Source: the human T2T-CHM13v2.0 reference genome, Homo sapiens
Length of the DNA: 64,000 nucleotides
Assembly (NCBI RefSeq): GCF_009914755.1
Contig: NC_060928.1
Reading direction: 5' to 3' (one strand)
Program-made: the position numbers and the translations under genes
In this document: positions 63,924 through 64,000 of the stretch, in pieces
Layout of the letters: each line of letters opens with the position of its first letter
How positions within the stretch are numbered: the stretch's first letter is position 1
The notes under the pieces: model-generated
Told to the model about the DNA's origin: nothing
The model's database searches: none
The model's input: the letters and a program-made list of their open reading frames with translations, nothing else

Positions 63924-64000
63924 TGTAATATTATGAAATACAAATTTGGCCTTCTTTCCCATCTCCTGGCATATAACTCCTAAAATTCTTGGACTCTTCT
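63924..64000 (+). mobile_element. Start of a MER21-like LTR (runs off the window)
   Basis: tgtaatattatgaaatacaaatttggcc...ctcctggcatataactcctaaaattcttgga. Confidence 0.6.

Overview
AT-rich, repeat-dense human genomic DNA (a human-specific L1HS pre-Ta signature is present). The only coding feature I can support is one 143-bp + strand internal exon (4022-4164, AG/GT bounded). Its translation, [48 protein letters not shown] recognise from memory as CFAP299 (C4orf22, DUF4464). The rest of the window is therefore CFAP299 intron, and almost all other ORF-track entries are repeat-derived or chance. I found no new protein-coding system. The notable structure is a 15-kb sense-oriented nest of three L1 generations (14333-29368). 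It holds a young L1HS pre-Ta insertion with a twin-priming 5' inversion, an 18-bp TSD and a 25-bp 3' transduction; a ~300-bp inverted, locally templated copy of 31287-31586 inserted at 28284-28585; and an old deletion fusing two different L1s. Also present: a full-length THE1 MaLR, a sense THE1C LTR retaining a DUX4-type site and GTAAGT donors, an ERV1 solo LTR with TSD, and a 26-bp minisatellite that appears to have arisen inside an L2. Repeat subfamily names come from recalled consensus sequences, and boundaries of old repeats are approximate.
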